Shown here piece by piece: positions 38,760 to 51,132 of a DNA stretch of 64,000 nt. A program made the translations under genes and the position numbers. The DNA comes from Setoptus koraiensis. Taxonomy: Eukaryota; Animalia; Arthropoda. Under the pieces are notes generated by a model. That model was not told where the DNA came from and ran no database searches. It saw only the letters and a program-made list of their open reading frames with translations. Location: the NCBI GenBank assembly GCA_048013815.1, contig CM106585.1, positions 1,922,001 to 1,986,000 of the forward strand, written 5' to 3'. The first letter of the stretch is position 1; every line of letters begins with the position of its first letter.

Positions 38760-39402
38760 TGGTCAGCTCGGTTGATAAGCTCGGTATGGCCACTTAGTGA
38801 CGAGCACACGATTGGTCAGCGACGCAGCGTCGCAGTCAGCTGGACAATTGTGTCGCTGTCAATTTGTGCAGCATTTGTGTCACTGTCAGTCAAGGGTGAA
38901 TCCAGCGAGACCAAATTGCAAAATGTTCAACAACTGTCCTCTGAGGGGCGCCTCAAACTGCTGTCACTAATGAAACAACCCTGGCCACGTTATTGTTCCA
39001 TAGAGCAAATCAATGATTTAATATATTACGACGAACAGGATTATTTATCTACGAATTCGAGTGCAAATTGGGATGAAACAATGCACAAATTGAGGTACAC
39101 CTACGATGCCCACCAATCGCTTTTGTACACAGTGTGTGCGGCTGGTCACTGTCCGAGAAACAGTCTTATGACGCGAACAGAAACATAACATAATGCGACA
39201 ACTTAGCAATCCAATGTTTCAATTCACAGACGCGATTCACAATACTACGCCAGACAGTGATTCAGAGACATTCAAGCGATTATTCGATGATTATTTGAGG
39301 GCCAAGGGCGACTCAGACCCAGAATCACAGGTGAATGCACGATATGGCCATCGATTCGAAGCGCTTATCACACAGCTCAATGACGACTCACACCATCAAT
39401 GA
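38760..39402 (+). CDS. Candidate 3' exons of an orphan gene with a hydrophobic (TM or signal-anchor) segment
   Basis: Two adjacent complex-sequence ORFs (38772..39188, 39193..39402) can be joined by a short GT-AG intron (39095-39206 or 39145-39229). They end in a double stop TGATAA with AATAAA at 39418-39423. Possible acceptor TTTACACACAG| at 38759. Confidence 0.45.
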
Positions 39403-39691
39403 TAACTATCAATTTTTAATAAATGCGGCCATACATTTGGCCGGTCAACTGAAGCCTTCAAGCGTCGAGCTGTCAGGCGTCATCTATGCCATCTATGCGT
39501 CTACATCTATTTAACGAGCTGCATGTTATGTAACTTACAACTTATCTTACAACTTGTTAGCTACAAAGGCGTTGCGACAACGCAACAGAAACAGCTGTTC
39601 CACTCGGTTTGACAGGCAACTAGTCAGTTTGGTTGGTCAGTTTGTCAGTTGGCAAGCGACAGAGCGTGCCAATTGGCTAGTTGACAATTGG

Positions 39692-39727
<36 letters not shown>

Positions 39728-40093
39728 TGACAAGTGTCGCATGCGGCCGACAGGTTGACGTGATTATTTGCATGACGTAACTGCTGCTAACCACTGTTGC
39801 TGGCCGCTGACCACCGTCGCTGGCTGCTATAATACAGTATGATGTGACCAGTGTGACGTAATAGCAATACTTTAGTGTTGCTGGCGGCAGCACTTGCTCA
39901 ACCGGACAACAAATGACACTGTCATTTGATTGCCTATATCATATGATATCAGGTGATGGTCAGTCAATGTGGTTACATGTGTACAGTGTGCCCACGAAAG
40001 AGGTGCCCATCGGCACTTCGTCTGTGGGCCGCCAGGGCGGCGCTGCCAGTGAGAGGCTCAGAAATTGTGAAACGGCGCATCGCATCGAGTGAA

Positions 40094-40602
40094 TGCATCA
40101 ATGACGATAATTTAGGGTTAGTGCGGCCGTCGTGCATCCGTTACAAACAATTCGGTGTCTGTGTTTATTTGATGGCGGTGCCCTTACCGGCTATGGCCGC
40201 GCCATATCACAACATCCATCAACAGCAACATCAACATCAACATCAACAGCGACGGCAACAACAACAGCGTCGGCAACAGCAACATCGTCGGCAACAGCGA
40301 CGCCAACAACAACAGCGTCGGATGGAGGCGACTTTGCGCACTTTGTTTGTTGCTGTTGGTCCCGTTTCGGGCGCCTTCGATGCGCCGGCGAGCACGTTGG
40401 CTCGTTGGCATTGTCATAAACGCGACGAGACGAGCCAAACAACAACGGCCCGGCGACCGTTACGCCAGGTGAGTGGGGCGGCACTAAAGAGTGGACTCAT
40501 TAATGGGGTTGGTACAGCACCGATAGCGGCGCACAGAGCCATTGGGCCATTGGCGCTGGCGTCGGCATCAAAGTCAATGAATAATAGGTATCACCGACCA
40601 AT
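40094..40602 (+). repeat. Segment A: inverted homologue of 57757-58255
   Basis: Collinear similarity over about 500 bp. Best block 40425-40504 vs 57935-57856 is 79/80 identical. Confidence 0.92.
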
Positions 40603-43384
40603 ACAAACTTGGCCGCTGCCACCAATCACCAACTGCCACAAAAACAACAACAACAACAGCAACAGCGACGACAACGCCAACCGACTGACCGATCGATGGA
40701 GCTTTCAATTGTAAGGTGAATTGTTAGTTAGTTGATTGCTGGTTGGGCCGGTTCGTGGCGGCTGCTCATTTTGGTGCCGGCATCGCGGGCACGTTGATTG
40801 GCATTGGCGCATTTGCTATAATTGTGCCGGCATTTGCTCATAGTTGCCGTTGCCGGTATTGAGACCATGATTTGTATTGGTTGATCATTTGATTGCAATT
40901 GGCCACTATGAGCAGCAGTATAATTGAAGCGAAAAGGCCCAATTGCGCTCGCCGGCGCTATCAGCGCCACTTTTCTAGCCCAACAAACGCCGGCCATCAA
41001 ACAAGTGGCGGCACCAGCGCCGGCTCCGGCGGTATCCACTTTTCAGCCGCCAGCTCAACAGGTAAGCTGCTGGCGGCCAGCGGCAGCGACACGGCGAGCT
41101 GGCGAGCTGGCAAGTGCATCATAAATGGCGCAGGATAATAAATAATTTGCATATACACACGGCATGCCGCAAAAGAAGATATAAAACTGTGCACTTTGTT
41201 TGTTGTTTGTTATTCTCTTGGCCTCGCGCTCGTTATTTGTCTTTCTCAACAGGGCCGGCCAACGGCAACAACCACGGCAACAACCACGGCAACACTGACG
41301 GCAACAACTGCAACAACCACGGCAACAACGACAACGGCAACGACAACAACAGCCAAGCTAGCGGCATCTTCTAAGTGATTGGGCCGAGATTAAACTGGAG
41401 TAAATGCGCCGGTCAATGTGCACAAACTGACCGGCAATGCAAACAATGCGACCAGTCGGCCGCTGGCCACAGCGTCGCCCATTCATCGTTAGCTGTGCCG
41501 CCGTCGACGACAAGCCGACCGTTTCGAGGCTGCGCCGGCCGAGACCCCAGCGCGGCGCTTCTGTTCACCTGTGCCTACCTGCGCCTACCTGTGGCCGACT
41601 GTGCCTACCTGTGCCTACCTGGCGCTAACTGGCTCACCGGCTAACTGGCTCACCGGCCAACTGGCTCACTGGCCACTGGCTGATCCGCACCGGCAATCAT
41701 GAACCGGCATCAATGAACGTTCACACAGACTTGAAATTAATTGCCGCACAATGAAAGTTGACTCTTGACATGTTTTGGAGCGCCAAAGTGGCTGCCCGAC
41801 TAACTAATTTAGACGGTGTGTGCGTGTGTGTGTGTGTGTGCAAAATGGTGGCCACAACAACAACACTCATAGCATGTGTCGTGCGTTGTGTATCGAGTGA
41901 GCTGGTGGCGGTCATAAAACAAGCCAGCAACTTGTATATGACGTCATATTACGACGGGCACCCAAATGATAAGACGAGCAATGAGCGCACATTGGCGCAT
42001 CACTGGCGCATCGCAGGCGCAGCTCGCAGCAGCAGCTCATAGAAACGGCTCATAGACGGCGGCTCATAGACAGCTTATAGCAACAGCTTATGGCGACATA
42101 AGACAGGTGAGTTACCCAATCGCTGCCCAGTTAATGGTCAGCGTGAGCGGCGCACATATTGTAATGAGTATTTATTGTGCCTGTGCCGAGGTATGCGCGC
42201 ACAATAAATACACAGTGCACGATTGCCATTGTTGCCATGACGATTGTGCTGTGTCGGCTTGCGCCACGACCTATATCGGCCGTGTCACTGGTCACTGGTC
42301 ACCAGTGTGTGTCATTGCGTCGTCGTATATAGGTTACATTGCTCACATATGTATAATAGTTGGTATTGTGTGTATGTGTTTATATGTGTGAAAGTATACT
42401 GTATTGTAAATGGACTATACGCTATTATGCAATAGTCATGAGAGAGCATACGAAATGCAAATTGCGTACGCTCCCATGATCGTTGGCGCAAGCTGGCCGG
42501 CGCAAGATCGCCGGCACATGCAAGCCGGCGCAAGATCGCCGGCGCATGATCGCTGGCAAATGATGGCCAGAGATATGCTGTGGCGAGAGTGACAACAACA
42601 AGTGTGTGAGGCCAGTGACACCGATTAGTATATTGCATGATGACGTGGACGCATTGTTGTGTGTTTGGCTTTATTCGATTAGTATCGCATTATCCATTAC
42701 AGCTCGTCGTCGTCGTTGTTGTTGTCGTTGTTGTCGTTGTTGCTGTTGTTGTTGTTTGGCATAGTGGCAATTAACTGGCGCTGGCGCTGCTATTGCGCAA
42801 GCCATAATTCTTGTTATTCGTGCATCATGCTCGCATTATGCCATTACATAACATTATGCCTTTGTGCCATCTGTGCCTGTGTGTGTGTGCATGTTGCATT
42901 ATGCACAATGTTGTGCGGCCGACTTGTTTTTCGAAATTGCCAATTTTCAATGGTGCAATTGGAAGCGCCTCGGAGCTCGCTGGCTGCATCTGGGGGTTTG
43001 CATGTGTGCAGTCCTGGCGCTCGGAACGCACAGTTATGACACAACAACAACAACAGCAACGACAGCAGCAACAACAAGACACAACAAGGATGCGGCCGAC
43101 ATGAGCTGCTCAGGTGAGCTCAGGTGAGCTCAGGTGAGCGCACCTGAGCTCACATGAGCACAGCGCAAGCGGGCAGGCTCAGGTGAGTGGTGAGTAGCAG
43201 CCGGTATTGACTAGGCACAGGTCGGTGGCTGGTTGCCAGTAGCGGCTACTGACTGCTCGCCAAGTAGCCGAACAGAAGCAACCAGGTCACGACGATCAAT
43301 AAAGAGCGCAAGTCGGCGCTCATTTTAGGTGCGGTGATGCGCTATTGAATTGGTTGAATTTTCTATCACGACCACTATTGCACA

Positions 43385-43845
43385 ACAACAACAGCGGCAA
43401 CGACCACAGCAGCAGCAGTAGCAACAGCAGCAGCAACAACAGCGGCAGCGGCAACAACAGCAACAGCAACAACAGCAACAGGTGAGGTGGGCAACAGTGG
43501 AAATAAACGCATAAAAGGCGCATTTTGTCCATTGTGGCGTAATGGCCGGGCCGGCTATCACTAGCGCACATCACTGACACACGGGAGTGCGTTACACAAT
43601 CGACAGAATGCAAGCCACAGAATCGAGTAACTCCGACTCTCATCATTAGTGTGTGCGCGCCTGAGACTGGACAAGCCACAAGAACGGCGGACAATGAGCG
43701 AGTCAATATGAACATAATTGTTAGCTGGCAACAGCAGCAGCAACAACAGCAGCAACAACAACAACGACAGCAACAGCAACAGCAACAACAGCAACAGCAG
43801 CAACAACAACGACAACAGCAGCAACAACAACAACAACAACAAGTG
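43385..43845. repeat. Long compound (CAA/CAG)n microsatellite tracts
   Basis: Two tracts at about 43385-43480 and 43730-43840. Similar tracts lie near 33.2, 37.45, 54.7, 55.9 and 63.2 kb. Confidence 0.9.
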
Positions 43846-46800
43846 CTCTAAATGCGCCGCATTGCATCATCGGATCGGCGAGCGCAAGGCCCAGGGCTAT
43901 ACTAGCACCTGTTTGGTTGTTGCTGTTGTTGGCCGCTGTTGGCTGTTGTTGGCCGCTGTTGGCTGTTGTTGGCCGCTGTTGGTTGTTGCTGGTTGTTGCG
44001 GGCTGTTGCAGGTCGCTGTTGGCGGCTGTTGCCAGTTGTCCTGGGCTAAATATAGAGTATCTTACACATTGTGTTACATGTATAAATTACGCCGGACAAC
44101 AGCAGTGTGTGTGTGTGTGTGTGTGTAATGGATAATGATAACTATGGCCAATTTGAGTAACATCTTTCACTTTGTTACAACTGTCCGGTGCAGCGTAATG
44201 TTGCTGGCCCGTCCATTTGTATCTCGTTATTTGTATCTGCTACTGCCAATAATGACATGTACACTACAATCTATTACATGTGTGCTCCGATCGTGTACCT
44301 GTTGCCGGCACTATAATGTGTATCAGTGGCTGCCCCTGTCCAGTTACAACTATTTACAACAACAACAACAACACAACAGTGGCCACCATAATGATGATGA
44401 CCATGACATTGGTCAGCCTCTCGCACTGGCACTGCCCCTTGCGCCAGCCACTGCGCACTGACCACTGGCCGCTGGCTGGGTACTAGCATGCGAGCTAACC
44501 AGTAGCCTGAGCAATCAGCTGACCAGTTACCTGTGCTGTCGTAACACACACACACACACACGCTTACACTTGCCATAACATAACAGGCTTATAACTCACC
44601 TGTGCTGACCAGTGGCCAGTGGCACAGCGAAGGGGCGTAATGGCGAGCGTGTGTCCGACGCGCACACACGACGCCTGCCTATATGGTCAGTTGTTGTTTA
44701 TTGTATTGTCGTCAGCGTCATTATTATTATCATTATCATTATTATTCAATCACATTGCGCACACTTGACGCTGCTGCCCATGTTGTTGTTGTTGTTGTTG
44801 TTGTTGTTGCAAAACTGGTGCCAAATTGCCACTCTCTCGATGCCGCGATCACGCCACATATTTAAATATAAATAATATCTGTGCCACTCGCTGTTGTTGC
44901 CGGTGGTTGCCGTGGTTGCCGTCGCTGTGGTTGCTGTCGTTGCATTGGCAAAAGTATCAAAAATAGCAACAACAGTAATATTATTACATTATGATTAGGC
45001 TGGCACAAACGAACAAACCAACTGCTACAATACAACTCGCAACTCACAACTCACAAGTTGCATCATGCCATCGACAATCGGCCCATTTGCTACCGTACGC
45101 ATAGTAAGTGTGTGTTGGTACCACCTAGGCCGTAAAGTATGCAAATGAGTGGTCAACATGAGAGCGCACCTATCATTTGTTTGTCCACTTTGTACCTGTT
45201 GTGTGTGTTGCAAAGCTGGTCATCATCATCTTGTTGAGCTACAACAAATTTATACCTGGCTCACTGGCAACAAGCGAGCTTTTGCCTCTCGGTAAAGAAG
45301 TTTTTTTTTCTCTCTTCAAATCGGGAGTGGCTACAAATTGACAGCAGACACACTCTCTCAATAACTCTGCAACCGGCTCACCGTGTATTGTCAGTCTGTA
45401 GCCCCAACAGCATGCCATCCCCATTACACATCATGCATATTATGCAATGTGTATTACAGGTGATACACGTTACATGACGACCGTCCATAATGTTGCGCCA
45501 GATCTGCCCAGATCAGGCCCATTATCCGGCACAGTATCACATATATTGCACTATAAAGACAGATACACATAAATAGAGATGGACACAGACAGTGGGCAGT
45601 TGTTGGCAACTTGACAGCGGCCGCAATGATATGATTTATTCGCGCACATCGACATTGATGTTGATGTTGATGCTGCTGCCCGACATACACTACAGACAGC
45701 TGACCAATGTCATAGGTATGCAGCATTGCGCAACAATATGCAGATTGCTGGTAGACATTGAATTGGCACTACACTGCAAATTGATCATCACACACACACA
45801 CACACACATATAATAATAATAAAATGACGCAATAAAACCCTGACCAGCTGATCTATCGATATGTTGGCCTATACATTGTTGGCTGTTGGCCATGCTAGCA
45901 ACAGTGTTAGACACTGTACTTTCCTGTATTGTATTGGTAGGGCCAGTTGCAGGTTGTAAGAGTTTATCGCAAGAGTTTATCGTACGAGTATGCTGCGACA
46001 ACAAGTTGCAAATGGTCTAAATAGCACACATCGGACTCGACGGTCAGTCAGTCACACGACACACAATGAAACGCAATTGTGTGATGTAATGATGATGATC
46101 GCACACACCAATGAAATCCCTTCGAACACTGACTCTCAAATGACTGAATTGTGTGTTCGAATTGTGCCATTTGACAATCTGAACAAGCTGCCATTTCTCA
46201 CACAGCCACAGGTGAGTGTGAATCAGACCAGAATCCTCAACGAGGCCTAATGAATGGGCATGGCAAACACAGGTGATTCGCATTTCTGTCTTGCTGTTCT
46301 CGTCGACTCCCCAATGTCGAAATGGCCCAAGAGATGCCAGAAATGGAGGCACGCGCAGCCAGTTAATTAAGCGTCGCTGACCAGTGGACCCTTTTCGCGT
46401 GTCAGCCAGTCTCTGATTGTTCGCGTATCACCTCGTCTGTGATTGTTGTCACTCGCCAGTGGTCACCGTATCGCTAGTCCACTCTAGGCTAGTCCACTCT
46501 AGCCTAGTCTACTTTGGTCTGGCCTAGTTTAGTCTGGCCTAGTCTAGTCTGGTGTAGCAGTGCTCGTGCCACACTCACCTGGTCGAGCGCTGTCAGCACT
46601 GTGTAGCTCAGGTGAGGCTCAAGGGGGCCACCTTTGTGCCGTCTGCAGTAGGTACGCGGTTAACAAATTGTAAGCAATGGCAAACACGTGATTATTGTTT
46701 GGTGAGGCACCGCGTGCCATACCAAACAATAAGCGCGTTCACATGCGCGCTTCTTTGGCCCCTCCTCGGCCGCTGTCGCCTCCGTGCGGCCTCTCCCCCG

Positions 46801-47479
46801 GCCGGGCAAACATTTCGCAGCTGCATCTCGGCTGGCCGCTTTGGCGTATAGGCGTATCTGGTTGGCGGGCGTGGCGGGTGCACCGCGGGCCCGAGCAGCT
46901 CCGCTAGCTCGGGCCGACGCGGCGCGCACGAAAATGATGATCGGAATGATCACAATGATCACAATAATCACGGCATCGCAGCAATCACACTGATCACAAC
47001 GATAATGAGAGTCGCTGCACCGATGAACAAGCCCGTTTTACCGGTCAACAGCTTATAAGCTGTAATTAGAGGCATCTGGGCGAGCGTGCCCGTGATCGTG
47101 TTTGCACTGGCCAGGTTAACAGACAGAAATTAAAATTATGCGGCTCGACACCAACACGCGCATTTACACATGAATACAGGTAAATATACACAAACACATG
47201 TGAATATATGCGAACGTGCTGCAGCAAGTAACAATATTTTGTGGCTTACAAGTGTCCAGACGACGCTCGCCTAATGGCCGTTGGTCATTCAAACAAACAA
47301 TCGCATGTGGCGCGCACAACAACAAACAAGGCGCTGCCTAATCGCACTTTCATTGTCTAAATCGGCTTAAACAACCGACAACAACAACAACAACCGATAG
47401 TGTTCGCTCCAATGCTGACCGTGGCACAGCATTGGAGCGAATTGGCGATACCTGGAAATTAGCCGGTGAGCCGGTAACC

Positions 47480-48112
47480 ATTGTTTATTGCAATTGTTGT
47501 TGGCAGCGTAGGCATTTCTGCCATTTTGGCCGCTCTGGCCGCTCTGGCCACGCTGTCCACGCTGTCCGTGGCTCATTTTTGCTGGCACTGCTGGCATGCA
47601 AATGCGCGCAGTGACTTTGGCACTGGCAACACCAAGCACGTTGCACTGTTGCAAATTGTCCACTCCAACAAGTGGCCCGCCGATGAATGGGCCAGCACGA
47701 GCGAGCAAATAATTCAATTTAATCTAACTGCACGCCAACTGCACTGCGCACTGCGCACTGCCCACTGCCCACTGTCCACTGTCCACTGTCCACTGTCCAC
47801 TGTCCACTGTCCACTGTCCACTGCCCACTGTCTCACCTGTGCAATTCCAGCCTGGAACTTCCAGGCGAGTGAGACACTCTCAAGAATGTCACGTCCGCAT
47901 TCTCGCACCAACTTGGCACCGGCCCATCGAGCACGCCAGCACGTGCAGTTGTGCGTCGGTGGTTGCCCGATGGTCGCCGCTGCGCCCGCCGGTCGCTGCT
48001 GTGCCCACTGGCCGGTTGGTGCGCGTCGCCAACAGCCAACAGCCGACAGCCGACGGTGTTGTCGTGATCGGTCATAGGCCCCACGGCCATGCCCAACAGG
48101 TCATGATCTTGT
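47480..48112 (+). repeat. Segment C: direct homologue of 58277-58817, including a (CCACTGY)n tract
   Basis: 47821-47971 vs 58537-58687 is 150/151 identical. 48036-48112 vs 58741-58817 is 77/77 identical. Confidence 0.95.
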
Positions 48113-50821
48113 GTGCTACCTGTTGGCGCATATCTGCCCATATCTACTCTTACCTGTTCGCATATCGGCACACACTTACAACATTCTCGAGCGTGCCCGC
48201 AGCGGCAACAAGCCGCCAACAAGGTGCCAATATCTGATGGTCATCGCGGTGCTACTTCGGCCATATCCGCGCGCAGTCCGTGTGGCCGCGTCCAGCTATC
48301 CACAGATATGCGCATACTCACCGGTATAACCGCGCGGATATGCGGCCGTATCCGCAGATATACCCGCGCGGACATGCGGTATACGCGGTATGTGCGGCCG
48401 TATCCGCGCTGTCCGCGAGGCTAAACACGCCGCGCGCAAATCGTTGCCTGTGCCGGCATCATGACGGTGACTCGGTGTGCGTGCACAATGATCGCGTCGG
48501 CTCGCCAGCCAGGCCAATCGCGCCAATAACGGTCGCCGATGATCGCTGAGGTCGCCCATGATCGCTCAGATTGCAACGAGCCGATCATGACACTATATCT
48601 GCGCTCCTATCTGTGCCGTGCTCCGATCGCTGTCGTGACCGTGCCGCACCGGCCACAGCCCGCTCATGTCCGTCGGCGGCTACTCGTCGGCGGCTACTCA
48701 CCGGCGGCTATTCGCTGGCCGTGGCCGGCGATGGCCAGCGCATATCGGCCGCACACCGGCACATATCGGCGCATATCGGCGCATATCGGCCGCATCAGGA
48801 CGCTCATTGGACAGGTAAAGCGCGCGCAAATGGGCGACAGCGACGCTCGCCGATGGAATGTCGAGCTCGCGCCGGCGCGTTGTGTGTCTCAATCAAATAT
48901 TTGGCCAATATCGCATTTTGACAACAGTTTGAGCTGCCATCATCGGCTGAAATATGCCGATTATCGTCACCGCTCGTGAGATATCATCGCGCGCGACACG
49001 AGATGGAGTTATCACTGGTTATCGCGTTCGTCCATCTGCCACGGGGCACACAGGTGAGCTATGGCCGGCCAACGGTATGCTGTTGGCCTTATCGCTGACA
49101 GTGGCAGACGGTGGCAGTGCCAATGCGATAATTATTGTCGTCACTGCCACCGCTGGCCACCGGCAAACTGCTGCCGGCTGTTGGCTGTTGGCTGTTGGCA
49201 TCTCCCCATCGCGGGCCGCGGTTGGCAGCGTTGGGCATCGCCCGTCCAGCCGGCATCGCCCGACGGGCCGGCAACGCCGCCGGTGGCTCCAGTAAGCGGT
49301 TGGCAAGTTTGCATCTTGATTGCGGGCTGACAACATTGTGAGAGATGCCAGACCAATCGCAATCTCATTGATCAGCGGAGCGCTCGAATCAGTCGCGACA
49401 TAGCTGCATAGAGCGCATTCTACCTGTCGCACGTATCATCGTCGGGCATCGTCGCTGGGCCCGTCCGTCCAATCGAGCGACAGCTCGCTCGTCCCGTCGC
49501 ACGGACGGGCCCGTGAACGGTCAGCGTGAGATGGCATCGCGATTGACCAACGGCCATCAACTATTGCCAGTTTGCCCGTGCTTGATATTGTAGTGTTCAC
49601 CCATTGTTTTGCACGGTCTTGTGGCGCAACAGAGAGCCACGAAAGTGACCACTCGCTGCATTTCGCGCTCAACGATAACGCGCACAATCACTGTCGAAAC
49701 TCTGCTGACCAGTCGGCACTGGTCAGCCGCTGGTCAGCGCTGGTCAGTTGACGGAGGCCCCCAACGGTTGGCGCGCCAACGACTGGCGCGCCAATGGCGT
49801 CTTGGCCGCCCGTAGCTACCAATTAGAGCTGCTCATGTCGCACACTTACCTGTGAGGCTTGCTCAGGTTAATTTAACTTAATGAACAACAACAGCAATAA
49901 GCAACGACCCTGCTGGCCAACTGCGCACTGGCCAGCGTCAGCTGGCGCCCCCTAGGCTAGCTCTGTTTGGCCTTGCTCGGCTTTATTGGGCTGGCTTGTG
50001 CTCTATTTCGGGCAGATTTTCAACAGCCAAGCAGCAAATATCAGCCGAAATAAGGCTAAATAAACCCAATCTCCCAAAGTGCGAATGTTCCAATTGTTTG
50101 TATCGCCCCAAACAATCGGCGCTGCCACAGGTGGCTGACGTGCGCGTTTGTTTGTATGGATCTTTGGCTCGTTTGATATTATTTTTTAGTTCAACTGAGG
50201 GCCGGCAGTTGCATGGACAGTCTACGGACACAGTGCTCGCATGTGTGTCTATGAACCTTTTTGAATTGAATACTCAATCGAATAGTCAATTAAACGGCGA
50301 CGGTTGATAATCGAACGTGATAATTCGTTTATTTCCACTTATTTCATCGCAGTGCTGGAGTACGCACACGCTCTCATGTCACCAGATGAGACTATGCGCC
50401 GATCCCAAGTTCGAGCCGATTCGAACTTCGGACTGATTCGCAGTTCGAACTGTTCCGAGCTGATCGAGCCGATCGAACGGTCAAGTGTTCGATTACCCGA
50501 CGCTCGAGCAGACAGAAGCGATATTAATAGATAGTGTGAGTATATGCCGCATGTATAGCTCATATCGTCACTTGTGATCTGATCGCGCGTCGGCACCAGA
50601 TTGTCATCTGGTGGCCAAGAATTCTCTGCCACGACACGGCCAACCATCCAATCGAGTTTCGCAATCGGCCAACGGCAGTCGGCGTGGCAACCAACTGACT
50701 CGCTATTGGAATTGGAACTGCGATTTGAATTGGTTCACAAGCGTCGTAATTGGCAGAGATCACGACGCTGACCACGCTGATCTGATTAGCGATCGGCACA
50801 GGTATCTCCTCTACCTATCGT

Positions 50822-51112
50822 GTGATAGACATACCTGTGCACAGGACGGTGTTGTGCAGGTTGGCATTGGTTGATGAGAATGGCGCCCAGATAATGGTGA
50901 CGCGTGTGTGATTAATGGCTGAGCAGCCCGTGGCCGCGTTGGCCGGCCGCTGACCGCCGGCCGGTGGCTGAGATGGCCAGTTAGATTATTGTGACAATCT
51001 GATTTACACTTGGCTACTGTGCACAATTGGCGCAATTTGGCGGCGCTCGGCTCGCTAATAGCGAGTCGCTATAACGCGGCCCGATGGCTGTGCCGACAAC
51101 AAGAGGCACAGC
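50822..51112 (+). repeat. Segment E: diverged direct homologue of 58936-59115
   Basis: Shared blocks in the same order: GTGAYAGACATACCTGTGCACAGG, ATGAGAATGGCGCYCAGATAATG, GTGATTRATGGCTGAG..GCCCGTGGC, GAGGCACAGC. Confidence 0.8.
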
Positions 51113-51132
51113 CATCGCGCCGCGTTATAGCG
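51067..51132. other. Near-perfect 66-nt hairpin (28-bp stem, one C-C mismatch, 10-nt loop)
   Basis: CGCTATAACGCGGCCCGATGGCTGTGCC-GACAACAAGA-GGCACAGCCATCGCGCCGCGTTATAGCG. No match to a miRNA I recognise. Confidence 0.85.

Noticed and set aside
40105-40116. TTAGGG telomere-like word (also at about 58228-58238 on the minus strand)
   Set aside because: A single unit inside the duplicated segment, not an array.
39953-40714. 253-aa ORF and its counterparts at 57775-58273 as duplicated coding exons
   Set aside because: Indels between the two copies shift frames and introduce stops, so no reading frame is conserved despite a shared CCAG|GTGAGT.
41575-41621. CAGGTAG copies as Zelda/TAGteam sites
   Set aside because: The taxon is unknown and may lack Zelda. 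The heptamer is a subset of the broader CAGGTR excess, so a specific assignment is unsupported.
47634-47655. TTTGGCACT as a miR-96/263-family mature sequence (also 58352, 58389)
   Set aside because: Only the seed matches, and I could not fold a convincing precursor.
47714-48222. Minus-strand ORFs in segments C and D ending at a CAG|GTGAG donor
   Set aside because: Copies differ by frameshifting indels, there is no clear acceptor, and no family was recognised.
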